A stretch of 63,938 nucleotides of DNA, counting the filler, from Kipferlia bialata (taxonomy: Eukaryota), in NCBI GenBank assembly GCA_003568945.1. It is 4 parts of 4 records of this genome, joined end to end, with 100 filler letters (N's around TTAATTAATTAA, not from the genome) between each part and the next. Parts side by side here need not be neighbours in the genome. Positions count along the whole stretch, not along the records: positions 37,424 to 56,024 come from BDIP01000470.1; positions 56,125 to 63,938 come from BDIP01000478.1; 2 more parts are not named here. One strand, written 5' to 3'. Below the pieces are notes generated by a model. It was not told the DNA's origin, searched no databases, and saw only the letters and a list, made by a program, of their open reading frames with translations. Position numbers and translations under genes: made by a program. Below are positions 52,101 through 63,938 of the stretch, piece by piece. Position 1 is the first letter of the stretch. Every line of letters begins with the position of its first letter.

Positions 52101-55100
52101 CTGGCTCCTTCTCCTCTGAGCGGTACGTGCCCTACATGCACGACACCTATGTGATGGACACCACACACACTGAGGCCACCTCTGCTGAGATCACTCTTAC
52201 TGGCACCATCTCCGAGACTGCCACTCTGTCCCTCTACACTGGCATGTGCGTTGGTGAGTTTGTCCAGCCAGACGGCACCCTCGTCCAGACAGTCTCTGGC
52301 GGCGATGTCCTCATCGCTGAGACCTTCTCCTTCGATGCCCCCGAGACTGACACCACCCCCACCCCCTGCATGTACTACACGATACAGACGGCCGAGGAGG
52401 ATACCCCCTCCGACATGTCTGTCCAGTGTGACTACGTGATTGAGCCCTACGCCACAACCACCCTCATCACATCCATGTCCGGTACAGTCACCAACGACCG
52501 CTACCTCTTTGCCCAGGACGACGTCTATGTCATGAACCCAGCCCAGACCCTAGCTGCTGTGCACGTCTCTATCACCTCATACCTCTCTGGGTCTGATGAG
52601 GTGCTGTTCTATGTCGGTCACTGCGGCACAGGCGCCACCGTCACCAACACCCTCCTCATGGATGTGCAGAGTGACTTCACCCTCGCATTCGACGCTGATA
52701 GCGAGGCTGAGGACAGCATCAACTGCTGGTACATCGAGTTTGTGACTGAGGACTCCCCCGCCACCGGAACCGGGTTCTCAATCGAGTACGACTCTGTCGA
52801 GTACGTCGAGACCCCCGATGTCGTGACTCTCACCGACGCCACCGGCACCATCAGCATTGATGGCGACTACTACAACAACATGAACAAGTCCTGGATCGTC
52901 AAGGGTGACAGCCTCGGCCACGCTACCGTCACTCTTAGCGGTGTGACTGGCGGCTCTGAGGATACTCTCATTGTCTCCCAGGCCGTTTGCGAGGGAGACG
53001 ATGTCTCTGACAAGTTCATCGAGTACTTTACCTACGGTGTCATTGCCGAGCACACCTTCGAGTTCACCTTCCACCAGTACGCCGAGACCAACTGCTTCAC
53101 TGTCGACTTTGTCACTGACGGAGACTGCCTCGGAGGCTCTGGCTTCACCCTGGACTACAAGACTGCCGACTACAGCACTGATCTGACAGAGCTCACTGCC
53201 GCGTCTGACAACTTCAGCCCCAGATACATCTCCTACATGCAGGACAGATACGTCATGAACCCAAGCATCTCCAACCCAGATGCCGCCGGCTTCAAGTGCA
53301 CTGGTACCATTGGCACTTCCGATGAGGCTACCTTCAGCCTCTACACTGGATGGTGCGAGGACAGCACTGTCGTGGGTGAGAGCGTGCTTGTCACAACCCA
53401 GTCTGGTGCCCTGGACATCAACGAGTCCATCAACTACGACGTGCCCTCTGCCAGGCCCACAGCTGACGCTATGAACTGCATGTATGTTGACATCGAGACC
53501 ATGGCTGATGTGGGTGACAACGTTGCCAACATGCAGTGCTCATACTACATGGAGTCCTACGACACCACCACCACCGTCGTGGACATGGCAGGTCAGTATA
53601 GTCTTACTCTCTATATCTTATCGCGTAGTATGCAATTCTGACGTCCAGGCACACTCACCAACGAGCGCTACCTGTCTAGACAGTACGACACCTGGATCAT
53701 GGCACCCGTTGCCACTAACGGCGTTGCCTCTGTCTCTGCCTCCTTCTCTCTCGACATGGACCTCGACCACGGCGACTCCCTATCTCTCTTCAGCGGCCAC
53801 TACAACGCTGCCACCGGAGCCTTCACCATGGGCCGCACCATTGCCGCTGACGTAGAGGCTACCACCTACGAGTTGACTATGGACATAAACGCCGAGGAGG
53901 CTGACACCACCGCCGCCAACTGTTGGTACCTGGTGTTTGTCACAGACAGCGCAGAGCACGTGGGATCTGGATTCACAGCCACATACGAGTCACACGAGTA
54001 CATCCCAGGTGAGGATATTCTACTACTATACAAAGACGGTAAACTAGTATGTTGTATAGAGAGTGTAGATTTTCTGTTCTAGTTCCTCTGACCCCAGGCG
54101 ATAACATTGTCACTCTGACCGATCCCACCGGTGTCATCTCCAACGTCAACTACTACAACGACCAGCACAACGAGTGGATCGTGACAAGCGATATTGGAAT
54201 GGCCAGCGCCCACATTGTGTGCACAGGTACACACACTCTCTCTCTCTCTCGTACTGGATATCTTCATTGTAAGTGTATGTGTTTCATCTCACTCTAGGTT
54301 CTTCCCCCATCAGAGGCGGAGACTACCTCACTGTGGCATCTGCCAGCTGCACAGGCGGCAAGGTACATATACTTGCATATATTCAATACATATGCGTACA
54401 TCTCAGTGCTGATGTTTATATTACAATATATTTAATTCTCACCTTAAGGTTGACTACGAGAACCCTGGTTCTGTCCAGTGGGTTGGCGACCTTGACCAGT
54501 CTCTGGACATTGTCTTTGACGAGTTTGTCGACTCCAACTGCTTCACTCTCCACTGGGACACCAACTCTGACGGAGTGGGTGCCGAGGGATTCTCCTGTCA
54601 GTACGAGGCCACTGCCTTCAGCATGGTTGATCACGCCATTGTCGGACCATCTGGCACTGTCTTCAATGACAGGTACATCCCCTTCATGGACGATAGATAC
54701 GCCGTGGAGGTGGACAGCATGAAGACTGCCGAGCTCACCTGCACTGGCTCCATTGACGAGACCGACTCCTACCTCAACCTCTTCTACGGTGCCTGCGACC
54801 CTTCCACCGGTGCCATCGTTAGCGTTGCAGACAGCAAGGTCGAGAGCGTCACTGGCAGCATCGACTTCAGTGCCACTATGGAGTTTGACAAGAGCGACGA
54901 TGAGCACGCCCAGCCCTGTTTCATCCTCGAGCTCACCACTGATGGAAACGTCAGCAACCGCGGATCCGAGTTCTCTTGCCACTACACGACCACCATCAGG
55001 CACTCCTTCTGGTACTACCTACTCATCGTGTACATTGTCTTGTCCTTCCTCGCTATCCTAGCCGTTGCCATCGTCATCATTGGCGGCATCACACCCCCTG

Positions 55101-55387
55101 GCACTGGCCCTGGCACATCTGGCTACATGGCCATTGCCGGAGGTGACGCCCCTGCCGCCCCCGAGGACCCTGCGGCTCTCGAGGAGGGAGAGAGCAAGGG
55201 GGAGAAGGTGGAGGGAGTCCACGTCCCCGAGAGAGAGAGAGAGCACGTCGAGACACCCGAGGGCTCCGAGGGGGCCGAGCCTGCCTTTGGGTTTGTCCAC
55301 ACCTCTGAGCCAGTCATCGCTAGACCCATGAGTGAGGGTGAGGGTGAGGAGGCTGATGAGACTGCTCCTCTTATCAAGGATGAGTGA
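40134..55387 (+). CDS. Giant type-I transmembrane protein (~4,600-4,700 aa) with 36 tandem CUB-like domains in 12 triplet super-repeats
   Basis: Signal peptide MRRLVALLAVLVAALCG. Repeats of ~120 aa follow the CUB pattern G.i....Y.N.....W.v ... D.l.vy.G ... l.F.TD......gF.c.Y. Spliceable exons include 42059-51027, 51078-51339, 51400-53591, 53649-54008, 54098-54226, 54298-54362 and 54449-55387. TM helix FWYYLLIVYIVLSFLAILAVAIVIIGGI, then an acidic tail. Confidence 0.85.
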
Positions 55388-55679
55388 GGTGTATGTAGGC
55401 TGTAGTTTATACTATAGGCTTACGCATAGTGATGTCTAGTCCAAGAGTGCACGGGGGCTATAGTCTTACACGTTGTATCAGTGTATAGTCTAGCCCTCGC
55501 TGTGCTTCTAGCATACAGTTTGAATTGATACTTTCGTAGTCGCGTTTTGGCTACAATCTAGAATAGATATGGATATTACTTAGTAATATACTTAGTAATA
55601 TGAAGTTATATCTGGTTGCTCTATTCATGTGAATGTCCTTGATATTGAGTCTCGAGTCTTTATACTATATTTCCGTGTT

Positions 55680-55881
55680 CTACTCCCCTGGTGACGCTCT
55701 GTGCCTCCTTCTCAGTGCCAGTGCAGGGGGGATGATCCCCCACCTCATACCGGAGTGGGGGTACACCAGAGAGGGGTCCAGGTAGTGCAGCATAGGTTTG
55801 CACTCTCTGACAGCGAGAGAGGGGGAGAACATACCATCACTTGAGCTGAATGGTTGTGTCCTCAGCATAGCAACATCACCT
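55680..55881 (-). CDS. Terminal exon of a gene truncated by the contig end
   Basis: Acceptor ATCACAG at ~55882-55888 followed by an open frame (..LDPSLVYPHSGMRWG..) to TAG 55680. Convergent with the CUB gene. Confidence 0.4.
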
Positions 55882-55975
55882 GTGATAGGTATCGAATTCG
55901 AGTATGAAGAGTATCATTCCAAAGTACCTGTCCGAAACCCATAATATATGATAATTATATATGTAAATAGTTATC

Positions 55976-56024
<49 letters not shown>

Positions 56025-56124
56025 NNNNNNNNNNNNNNNNNNNNNNNNNNNNNNNNNNNNNNNNNNNNTTAATTAATTAANNNNNNNNNNNNNNNNNNNN
56101 NNNNNNNNNNNNNNNNNNNNNNNN
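56025..56124. other. Artificial contig spacer
   Basis: N44-TTAATTAATTAA-N44. Confidence 0.97.
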
Positions 56125-56174
<50 letters not shown>

Positions 56175-56324
56175 GATAGGGGAGAACACACACAGATATA
56201 TACGAATAGAGCTGAGGATTGCAATACATATGAAGGACCCTCTCCCCTCCATCAGCCTCGCGAGATATGCTAATAACCCAGTGCAGCAGTGTCACCTGGG
56301 TATCTACCCCCTACATGTCCCCTA

Positions 56325-57161
56325 CCTCCTAACATCCTCTGCCAGCTGGGTGCACAGCGTGGTCACGGACCCCTGGCCAGACCGCAGCCTGGACACAAGG
56401 CCCTGGGGGGTGAGGGGGGGGGGGGGTCTATGAATACATATGTATATGCAAGATGGGCTAGTTGAGATGGGGAGGGGGAGAGGTTGTACACACACACACA
56501 TATATATATGTATACCTGAGCCACACCCCAGGGAGTCCTATTATATCCATCCAACTATAGCTCTCTATGCATGAATGAGTGTACCTGGGCCACTGCCTGG
56601 GGGACTGCCCCACAGGCCTCGCTGATGCATGTCGGGGTGATACCAGAGCCATACACTGGGGGTGAGGGGAGGGTAGGCACCCATATATCCAGAGGGGTTG
56701 CCACAGATTGATACATACACGACACATGTACATACACCCCTGCACCTGTGTGGACTGTCTGGAGTAGTGTGACGGCACGTCTCATGTCACTCTGAGGGTG
56801 AGGCGGTATTCATCGAGTGGCAAATCGCGAATGAAAGATAGACTTGTGGAAAGACTGGACCCTACAACATATCTCTCTCTCTCCCCATACTACACCTCAG
56901 TCCCCACCTGTGACTCAGAGATGATGGCCTGGAGGCCCTCCTGGCCAATCTGGACCTGATATGAGTGCACAGATGGGCACAAGGCATCACTATATCATGT
57001 AGTATATAGCTGAGGATCCCAGTGACAGTGTGACACAACCCCACCCCCACCCCAGGCATTAGAGCATACCTTCTCCTGCTGCACAATGTGTGTGAGGGTA
57101 TCCATCATGGCAGAGTCAGGGATGGGCTGGAACCTGTATCAGAGGGGGGGGGGGGCAGATG

Positions 57162-57201
<40 letters not shown>

Positions 57202-58475
57202 CAGACCAAACACAATGACGCTGTCCGATCGAAGGTGAAGCTGGGTATCCCCACTGTGTAGAGTCCCCATATATATATACCTGCACTTGACGCATCGGGA
57301 GGCAATGGGGTCGATGATCCTGGGGGTCAGCACACATCAGCATAGAGGGGGACACATTGCGAGAGAATATACTAACAGACCAGAGACATGTGGTGACTGA
57401 GCCTAGTGACGTCACTGTATAGCACATCGCAGATGGTACCTACTGACGTAGTTGCAAATGATGCAGAACCGAGTTGTCCTTGCATATGTCTCCATGGTGC
57501 GTCTGAGAGCGGCCTGGGTGAGAAACCCTTGATACAATTAGCTATATCTACATATCAGTTGTATTCAAAGAGGAGATGGAGGGCACAGTAAGTGGGAGGG
57601 GGATGTCCCTTACTGCTTTGACCCAACCAAAGAATGACCACTTTGTTATAGACACACACACACTGCCCCCCACCTGGGCGTCCCTTGTCATGGAGTCTGC
57701 CTCATCCAGAATGATGACCTGAGGTGGGAGAGGGGGGACGGTTGTGTGAAGAGTGACCAGCACTATGCTGCACAATGTACCTTGAATGGAGGGGAGGGGT
57801 ACTTGGGGTCCTTCTGGTTGGCCACAACCCTGGCAAAGTTCTTGATCCTTCAGTGAGGTATGGTTCCAGAGGAAACCTATCAGGTAGAGCAGACAGAACT
57901 AATATACAACAAGAGCAAATTACATACCTCGTCCTCACCACATCGATACCACGGTCATCAGAAGCGTTCAACTCCTTAACCTGGGTCAGATACCAACTGC
58001 TGGAGGATTTGTGGCAGAGAATCCAGCAAGGATAGAAACAACTGGCAGTGTGCCCTGTTGGATGCTTCCAACTCACATTGGAGCAGAATCCAGAACCCCA
58101 CCTTAGACTTGAACAGCTTTGGGCCAAAGAGCTCGTGGCACAGAGCACGGATGGTAGTCGTCTTTCCGACACCTTGCAGTGAGGCGCAACTTGAAGGAAA
58201 CAGCTGTATGTAGACAACGTCACTGGTATATCTGTCACCTGGGGGTCCATAGAACAGCAGATGAGGCAGGTCACCAGTAGCAATAGTCTGCCTCAACGAG
58301 TCAGTGACACCGTTCTGGTGAGACACATCATCAATCTTCTTTGGGCGGCTGGTGTGAGTGGTAGTGTCAAGTGACAGCTATAACGTCAACATGACGGCAT
58401 GACGTGTAAGTAAGCGAAACTATATACAATCACGTACTACTTCTCTACCCATGGGAGGTTGTCTCTACGTGACAT
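56325..58475 (-). CDS. RFC4: Replication factor C small subunit (human RFC4 / yeast Rfc2 type), ~13 exons, 3' end off contig
   Basis: The spliced protein contains [25 protein letters not shown] (Walker A), [34 protein letters not shown] (Walker B), [29 protein letters not shown] (SRC motif) and [14 protein letters not shown] and DEADSMT favour the RFC4 clade. Confidence 0.9.
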
Positions 58476-58741
58476 TGTGTATGAGTAGCCTACGCTGTTC
58501 GCTCACATGTACTTGCCTTTACACCCTTGTTTTTCATACAGGATCATCAATTTGGAAATTTGTCTTCCTCAATTTCGAAGTGTAAAAACATTGTTTTTGG
58601 AAAAGGTCGAGACGTCCTCAGATTGGAAAAACAATGTTTATGGCCCAAGCTCCTTGCAGTAAAAACAAACACCTTGCCAGCAGGCCAAGCCAAAACCCAA
58701 ACCAGCACCAGAGAAGCACTTCTTCGGCACGTGAACTAGAA
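58476..58741. promoter_or_regulatory. Divergent promoter region shared by RFC4 and RPL8
   Basis: 266-bp, relatively AT-rich spacer between two head-to-head ATGs. Confidence 0.55.
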
Positions 58742-59500
58742 ATGGGTCGTCGTATTCGTGTTCAGCGTAAGGGTCGCGGTTCGATCTTCCAGGCTCACAC
58801 CACCGGTCGCCGTGGAGCCCCTATGCTCCGTACCATCGACGCCGGCGAGAAGAAGGGTTACGTCAAGGGTGTTGTGAGAGAGATCATGCACGACAAGGGC
58901 CGTGGTGCCCCTCTTGTCAAGGTCCAGTACCGCGACATGCGCAAGTTCGGCAAGTCTGACGAGCTCATGGTTGCTGTTGAGGGCATGTACGTGGGTCAGC
59001 CCATTTACTCCGGCAAGAAGGCCGAGCTCCACGTTGGCAACGTCATGCCCATCGGACAGGTTCCCGAGGGTACCTACGTGGCCAACATTGAGGCCAAGGT
59101 CGGTGACCGCGGTGTGCTCGCCCGTACCTCCGGCACCTACGCTACCGTCATCTCCCACAACACCGACACCAACCGTACCCGCATCAGACTCCCCTCTGGT
59201 GACAAGAAGGTTGTTGTGTCTACCTGCCGTGCCATGATCGGCATCATCGCTGGTGGAGGACGTACCGACAAGCCCATGCTCAAGGCCGGTAACGCCTTCT
59301 ACAAGTACAAGGCCAAGCGCAACTGCTGGCCCGTCATGCGTGGTGTCGCCATGAACCCCGTTGACCATCCCTATGGTGGTGGAAACCACCAGCACATTGG
59401 TTTCGGTTCTTGCACTAACCGCAACGCTGTTGCTGGACAGAAGATCGGTCTCATCGCTGCCCGTCAGTCCGGACGTGGAGGCTCTCGCAGGAGGGTTTAA
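58742..59500 (+). CDS. RPL8: 60S ribosomal protein L8 (uL2), intronless
   Basis: [16 protein letters not shown]...HDKGRGAPL...[14 protein letters not shown]...[21 protein letters not shown]...[10 protein letters not shown]. Strong codon bias. The true start is ATG 58742. Confidence 0.98.
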   Translation: MGRRIRVQRKGRGSIFQAHTTGRRGAPMLRTIDAGEKKGYVKGVVREIMHDKGRGAPLVKVQYRDMRKFGKSDELMVAVEGMYVGQPIYSGKKAELHVGNVMPIGQVPEGTYVANIEAKVGDRGVLARTSGTYATVISHNTDTNRTRIRLPSGDKKVVVSTCRAMIGIIAGGGRTDKPMLKAGNAFYKYKAKRNCWPVMRGVAMNPVDHPYGGGNHQHIGFGSCTNRNAVAGQKIGLIAARQSGRGGSRRRV

Positions 59501-60825
59501 GCCTTCATGTGCTAGAGTGATTTGAAATAGACTACGCCCATATGTTCATTTGCTTGCTTTTGTTTGTGTGTGTGTGAGTTCTTGTTGGGTGCTTGTGTCT
59601 CTGTAAGGTACTTTGCTTCATCAACCACCTCTCTCTCGTTGAAAATACTAGTGATTTCTTGCTGTACTCTGTTAAGCATGTAGATCTATATCCCTGCAAA
59701 GTCTATTAATGAATTTGACAGTGATTCCTAGGTATCACGGGCAATTGACTCATGGAGTGAGAGGCTCTCAGAGCCCACCGTGACTCACGGTCCGTGAGGG
59801 ACCCCCCAAACTAGCCCGCCAATATTCCAGTGACATCGCTTGCGGCCTGACATAAGAACCACCACGGGAGAGCATTGGACACGTGCACTAGAACAGTCAT
59901 ACCTTGGTGGCACCGGCTGGACACAGAACCGGTCCCAATGCTGAACTCACGATCTCAACTGGTACTGTGTGCCATGAAGTGGACGCATCCAACTCGATTC
60001 TGATACCAACAGGCGGTGGTGTTGCCACTCGGCCTTGCGCTGAAACACCAGAGGGCCCACCTGAATGAGTAGGAGGGCCTAGCACTCAGGTTAACTAAGG
60101 ATACCGATGCGTCTGAGAGCAACTACTTTGGGACTGGCCTCACAGCAATTATTCAGAATAGGGACACAGTCGGGGCACTCCCTAAGCTTAGAGTATGTGG
60201 GTCCACGCCTAAGGCAGTATAGTAGCATGATGTGACCCCTCCCTACGGAATACTAACCTGGAAGCTACAGTGCAGTGAGATTTGAATCTCAGGTCCATCC
60301 CTCACAGTTTGGTGGCGGCCGCCGCCTCTCTCTCTCTCGCAGTCTGCATATCCACCTCTATCTGGAAAATGAGCTCAGGTTCAAGGGCAGCCAAGAGCAT
60401 CTGTGTGGCTGACAAGTATCTCTGTCTCAGTTAGAGATACATGGTACTGCAGATGAGGGATAGGTTGGAGGGGTTACACCTGACACAAATAGCCTCCAAA
60501 AAGATACCATATAGCTGAACACTGCCGAGAGGTAAACCAACCTGTTGGCAGAACAGAACTTGGGTGCTGAGAAGATGTCCCTTATCACCATCAGTCACTG
60601 AAGTTCTTTGCCAGAGAGAAAAGGGTTCCAGTCCGATTTTGATAGTTTGTGACTGTTTGACAGAGTCTCCTTCCTATCTGATATTCACAGGCCCCTGACA
60701 GTGGGATACCAAGTGGGAGTGAGTCCAGAGGCTTCCAACTGTTGTCTGGAGGGCGAGCGGCAGAGGAGCAAGAGTAGGGTCGTCACTGTGCGGTGGTGAG
60801 ATTGGTCCCAACATATCCATAGTCA

Positions 60826-61838
60826 ATGTATCCCAAGGGGCACATCACGACAGAGAAGGAGAGGGAGAGGCACGCAGAGAGGGAGCGTGCCCGGGAGAGA
60901 CGTGAACAAGGAGAGAGGCCAGCGAGGGAGAGGGAGAGGGGCCACTACCTCCGCGAGGGTAGGCGAGAGAGGGAGTACAGCATTGAGCCTGTGATGAAGG
61001 GCAGGGGCAGGGCAGGGGCAGGAGAGAACGGGACGGGGCGCATAGCCCAGTCCCTCAACCCCTACCTGGCAGTCCAGACATCCAGCCGCAAGATGAAGCC
61101 CAAGAGACCTTCCAACAGGTGCGTCAGGGAGTGTATGTAGTACGTGGGTACTCTTGTGCTGACTCAATGTTTCTACCCTCGTATACAGAGTATTTGCCAT
61201 CGTGGATTTTTCTGGTGATACCCCACTTAGTTTCCTGAGTCAGGGCCTGACTATTCCAGTACTGTCTCCAGTACTGTCTCCATCTACCTCATACCCCCCT
61301 TACCCCCCTTACCCCCCTTATCCCCCATACCCCCCTTATCCCCAGGGACCCCAGGCCCATTGAGAGAGTGACCCTGAGAGGGAGAGACAGGCCCGGCATA
61401 GACCCCCATCAGGTGCATACTATCAGTGGTACTGGCTGTATTGCATACACTATGTACATGTGAAGCCTGGGCTACATTCACCTTACACCTATACTTATAT
61501 GCATGTAGATGGACACATCGAGGGAATCAGGTGTGAGACCTCGTTCCCCCCCGTATATATGCACTCTATATATCTATATATGTATGTATTGAGCCCCCCC
61601 CTTTCCATCCCTCTCTCTGACACAGGGTATGATATCCCGGTCTGCCGTGCACGCACCCCTGTCCTCCGGGCCTGATGCGTCCCACGTGTCGCCAATGGTG
61701 GCATATACCATGGGGGGGAGGTATCAGAAGGGTGTATATATAGGCATATTAATTATAGTGAGAGAAGTATAATAGTTTTATAATGGCGTAATATTACCAG
61801 GAAATGATTATCGATAGGAGTGTTCCCTCTCCTCCCCT

Positions 61839-61869
<31 letters not shown>

Positions 61870-62317
61870 ACTCTATATACCCTCACCCTAGGGCCTCTCT
61901 CACTGACACCAACAGAGAACAGGCTCGGTTTCCTTATGGCATCCCACCCGTCCCACCCAGGTGTGTGTTATGTGATACATTAATTATGTGATATATTAAT
62001 TATGTGATATATGCTATATGCTGTTATGTGACATATGCTATGTCAAGATCATCTATAGATACTAGACATCCCTGATTGTGATTTCCAATATGATTATCTC
62101 GCGCCTAGTTGACATTGGCTCATATCCTTTACTTGAACCAGTGTCTCTTTCCATTCGCCTTCATTGTCTCATCACTCATGACTAATGACTAATGATTAAT
62201 GAATAATGCCTTGTCTCATGTCTCATGTCTTATGTCTTATGCCTAGGATCATCCAGAAGGGCATGTTCTGTGATGCCCAGTTCCCAGTGGACAGGTGTGT
62301 ATGTATGGTTATACATA

Positions 62318-62350
<33 letters not shown>

Positions 62351-63724
62351 GAATGTACCAGTTCCCAGTGGACAGGTGTGTATGTATGGTTATACATATA
62401 TATATATATGAATGTACCAGTTCCCAGTGGACAGGTATGTATGTATGGTTATACATATATATATATATATGAGTGTACCGGTTCCCATGGACCGGCACAG
62501 GGTGCATATATATATATATATGTATATGTATTATTTATAGGTATGTATAAAATGTGTATGGATATAGCAGTTTCCTATTGACAGGTGGGGGGTGGCCTTG
62601 GCAGATATATATATATAATATCTGTACTCGTGTGGTGTCAGATAGACCATATCTCCCCTTCCGAGCATGGCCTCTCTCTCCCACACTATATACATATATA
62701 TGTGTATGTCATGTGTATACTGATACTGATCCCAGCATGGCCTCTCTCTCACACACTGAGAGGAGGACACGGGTGGTGGACTACTTCAGACCAAGGTAGG
62801 GGTGGATATACATAGATGGATATGTGTATATGTGCATATGCTGATGCTGATACTGATACTGGACTACTTCAGACCCAGGTAGGGGTGTGGGTAGGGGTGG
62901 ATACACACATATATATATATATGCATGTATCAGGATGTATCTGTATGTGTTGAGATGTTGATACTGGTACTGCTGTTTAGTATATACATTTATATGTTGT
63001 CCCATTGACTAGACACTGTCTGGGTGCCATATACTCTCTCACTATACTTATACTCTCTCAGCAGTGCAGTCATTCATTGTCATTCATACTGTTCCCTCAA
63101 CACATATCGTTGTGGTGACGTACCCTCTCTCGATCTGTTTCCCTAGTGCTCTATCCAGCCTACCCCACCCTATATAGAGTACCCTATCCACCCCACCCAT
63201 ATGACCCCCAGGGACTGTCTTGATGCATATGGAAGGGCCCCGGATGATGCATACCCCCCCATAGCATACAAGGCGGAGAGAGAGGAACACTGGTGAGGGG
63301 AGAGTGGTATTGATGCCACGGATATGAACATGTATTTGTTCCCCACCCACGAGTATATAGTATATAGTTATACATACCTATACATGCCTATACATGCCTA
63401 TGCATACATATGCATACCTATGCATACATATGCATACATATGCATACCCACCCTCAGGACAGACGAGTCATTCACCCCTGAGGTGGACAGAGAGAGAGAG
63501 AGAGCCATACACCGGGAGAGAGTGGAGGTGGATGGGTTAGGTACCTTGGATATCGGATATGGGGTCTGAGCATAGTGACTACTCATCATGTAACATGATT
63601 CATGTTGTGTGCATGTGTATTCCATCTCATGTGGATACCTCCCACCCCATCCCTGACCCTTTCAGGGGACGGTCTCATAGGGGCCCTGCTGTGTCTGTCG
63701 ACAGTGCCAGATAGGGTCAAGGAG
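60826..63724 (+). CDS. Hypothetical multi-exon gene with R/E-rich N-terminus (3' end beyond window)
   Basis: ATG 60826 with a donor at ~61119, followed by a series of short GT-AG flanked GC-rich exons (~61345, 61626, 61892, 62248, 63458, 63666). Chain not fully resolved. Confidence 0.4.
62277..62505 (+). repeat. ~60-80-bp tandem repeat (exon end + GT donor + (TA)n) x4
   Basis: CCAGTTCCCAGTGGACAG-GT(G/A)TGTATGTATGGTTATACATATAT... at ~62277, 62358 and 62417, with a degenerate copy at ~62478. Confidence 0.8.
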
Positions 63725-63885
63725 GTATATCTACATATGTGTACATATGTATATATATATTTATATATATGGGGACATGGCTGTGCAGACACTGGTGCAT
63801 GGTCTGTCATGATATATATATTATATTGGTTGTTGTATGGTTTGACTCGTAACTCTTTCACAGTGCTGATCATATATATGTAGTG

Positions 63886-63933
<48 letters not shown>

Positions 63934-63938
63934 CCCCC

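Noticed and set aside
41077..55003. Many long minus-strand ORFs (e.g. 43719-45212, 49641-50789)
   Set aside because: Antisense shadows of the codon-biased CUB gene.
58634..58741. Apparent 36-aa N-terminal extension of RPL8
   Set aside because: The conserved uL2 start MGR is at 58742; the upstream in-frame ATG lies in promoter-like sequence.
59365..59395. HPYGGG instead of HPHGGG in uL2
   Set aside because: This position is variable in eukaryotes (aromatic in human RPL8), so not unusual.

Overview
Eukaryotic, intron-rich genomic DNA. The window is not one locus: it is four assembly contigs joined by identical 100-bp artificial spacers (N44-TTAATTAATTAA-N44). The pieces are 1-18621, 18722-37323, 37424-56024 and 56125-end. 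Introns are short and GT-AG, full of (TA)n/(GA)n microsatellites, and most end in a branch-point-like motif fused to the acceptor. This style resembles, from memory and unverified, the free-living fornicate Kipferlia bialata. Confident genes: RPL8/uL2 (58742-59500), a replication factor C small subunit of the RFC4/yeast Rfc2 type (minus strand, start 58475), and an EEF1AKMT4/METTL13-like methyltransferase (15882-16717). Manual splicing also gave five notable structures. (1) A ~15-kb gene for a giant type-I membrane protein with 36 CUB-like domains arranged as 12 three-domain super-repeats, with endocytic sorting motifs in its tail (40134-55387). (2) A Uso1/p115-like tether whose long coiled coil is largely replaced by a disordered Pro/Thr- then Glu-rich linker. 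(3) A gene with an FG/WG repeat array encoded roughly one repeat per symmetric micro-exon. (4) A tandem pair of diverged paralogs of an unrecognised family. (5) Pervasive 'exon-edge echoes': degenerate copies of exon ends plus their splice site, repeated inside adjacent introns. All domain calls come from motif recognition by eye; no searches were run, and the boundaries of hypothetical genes are approximate.
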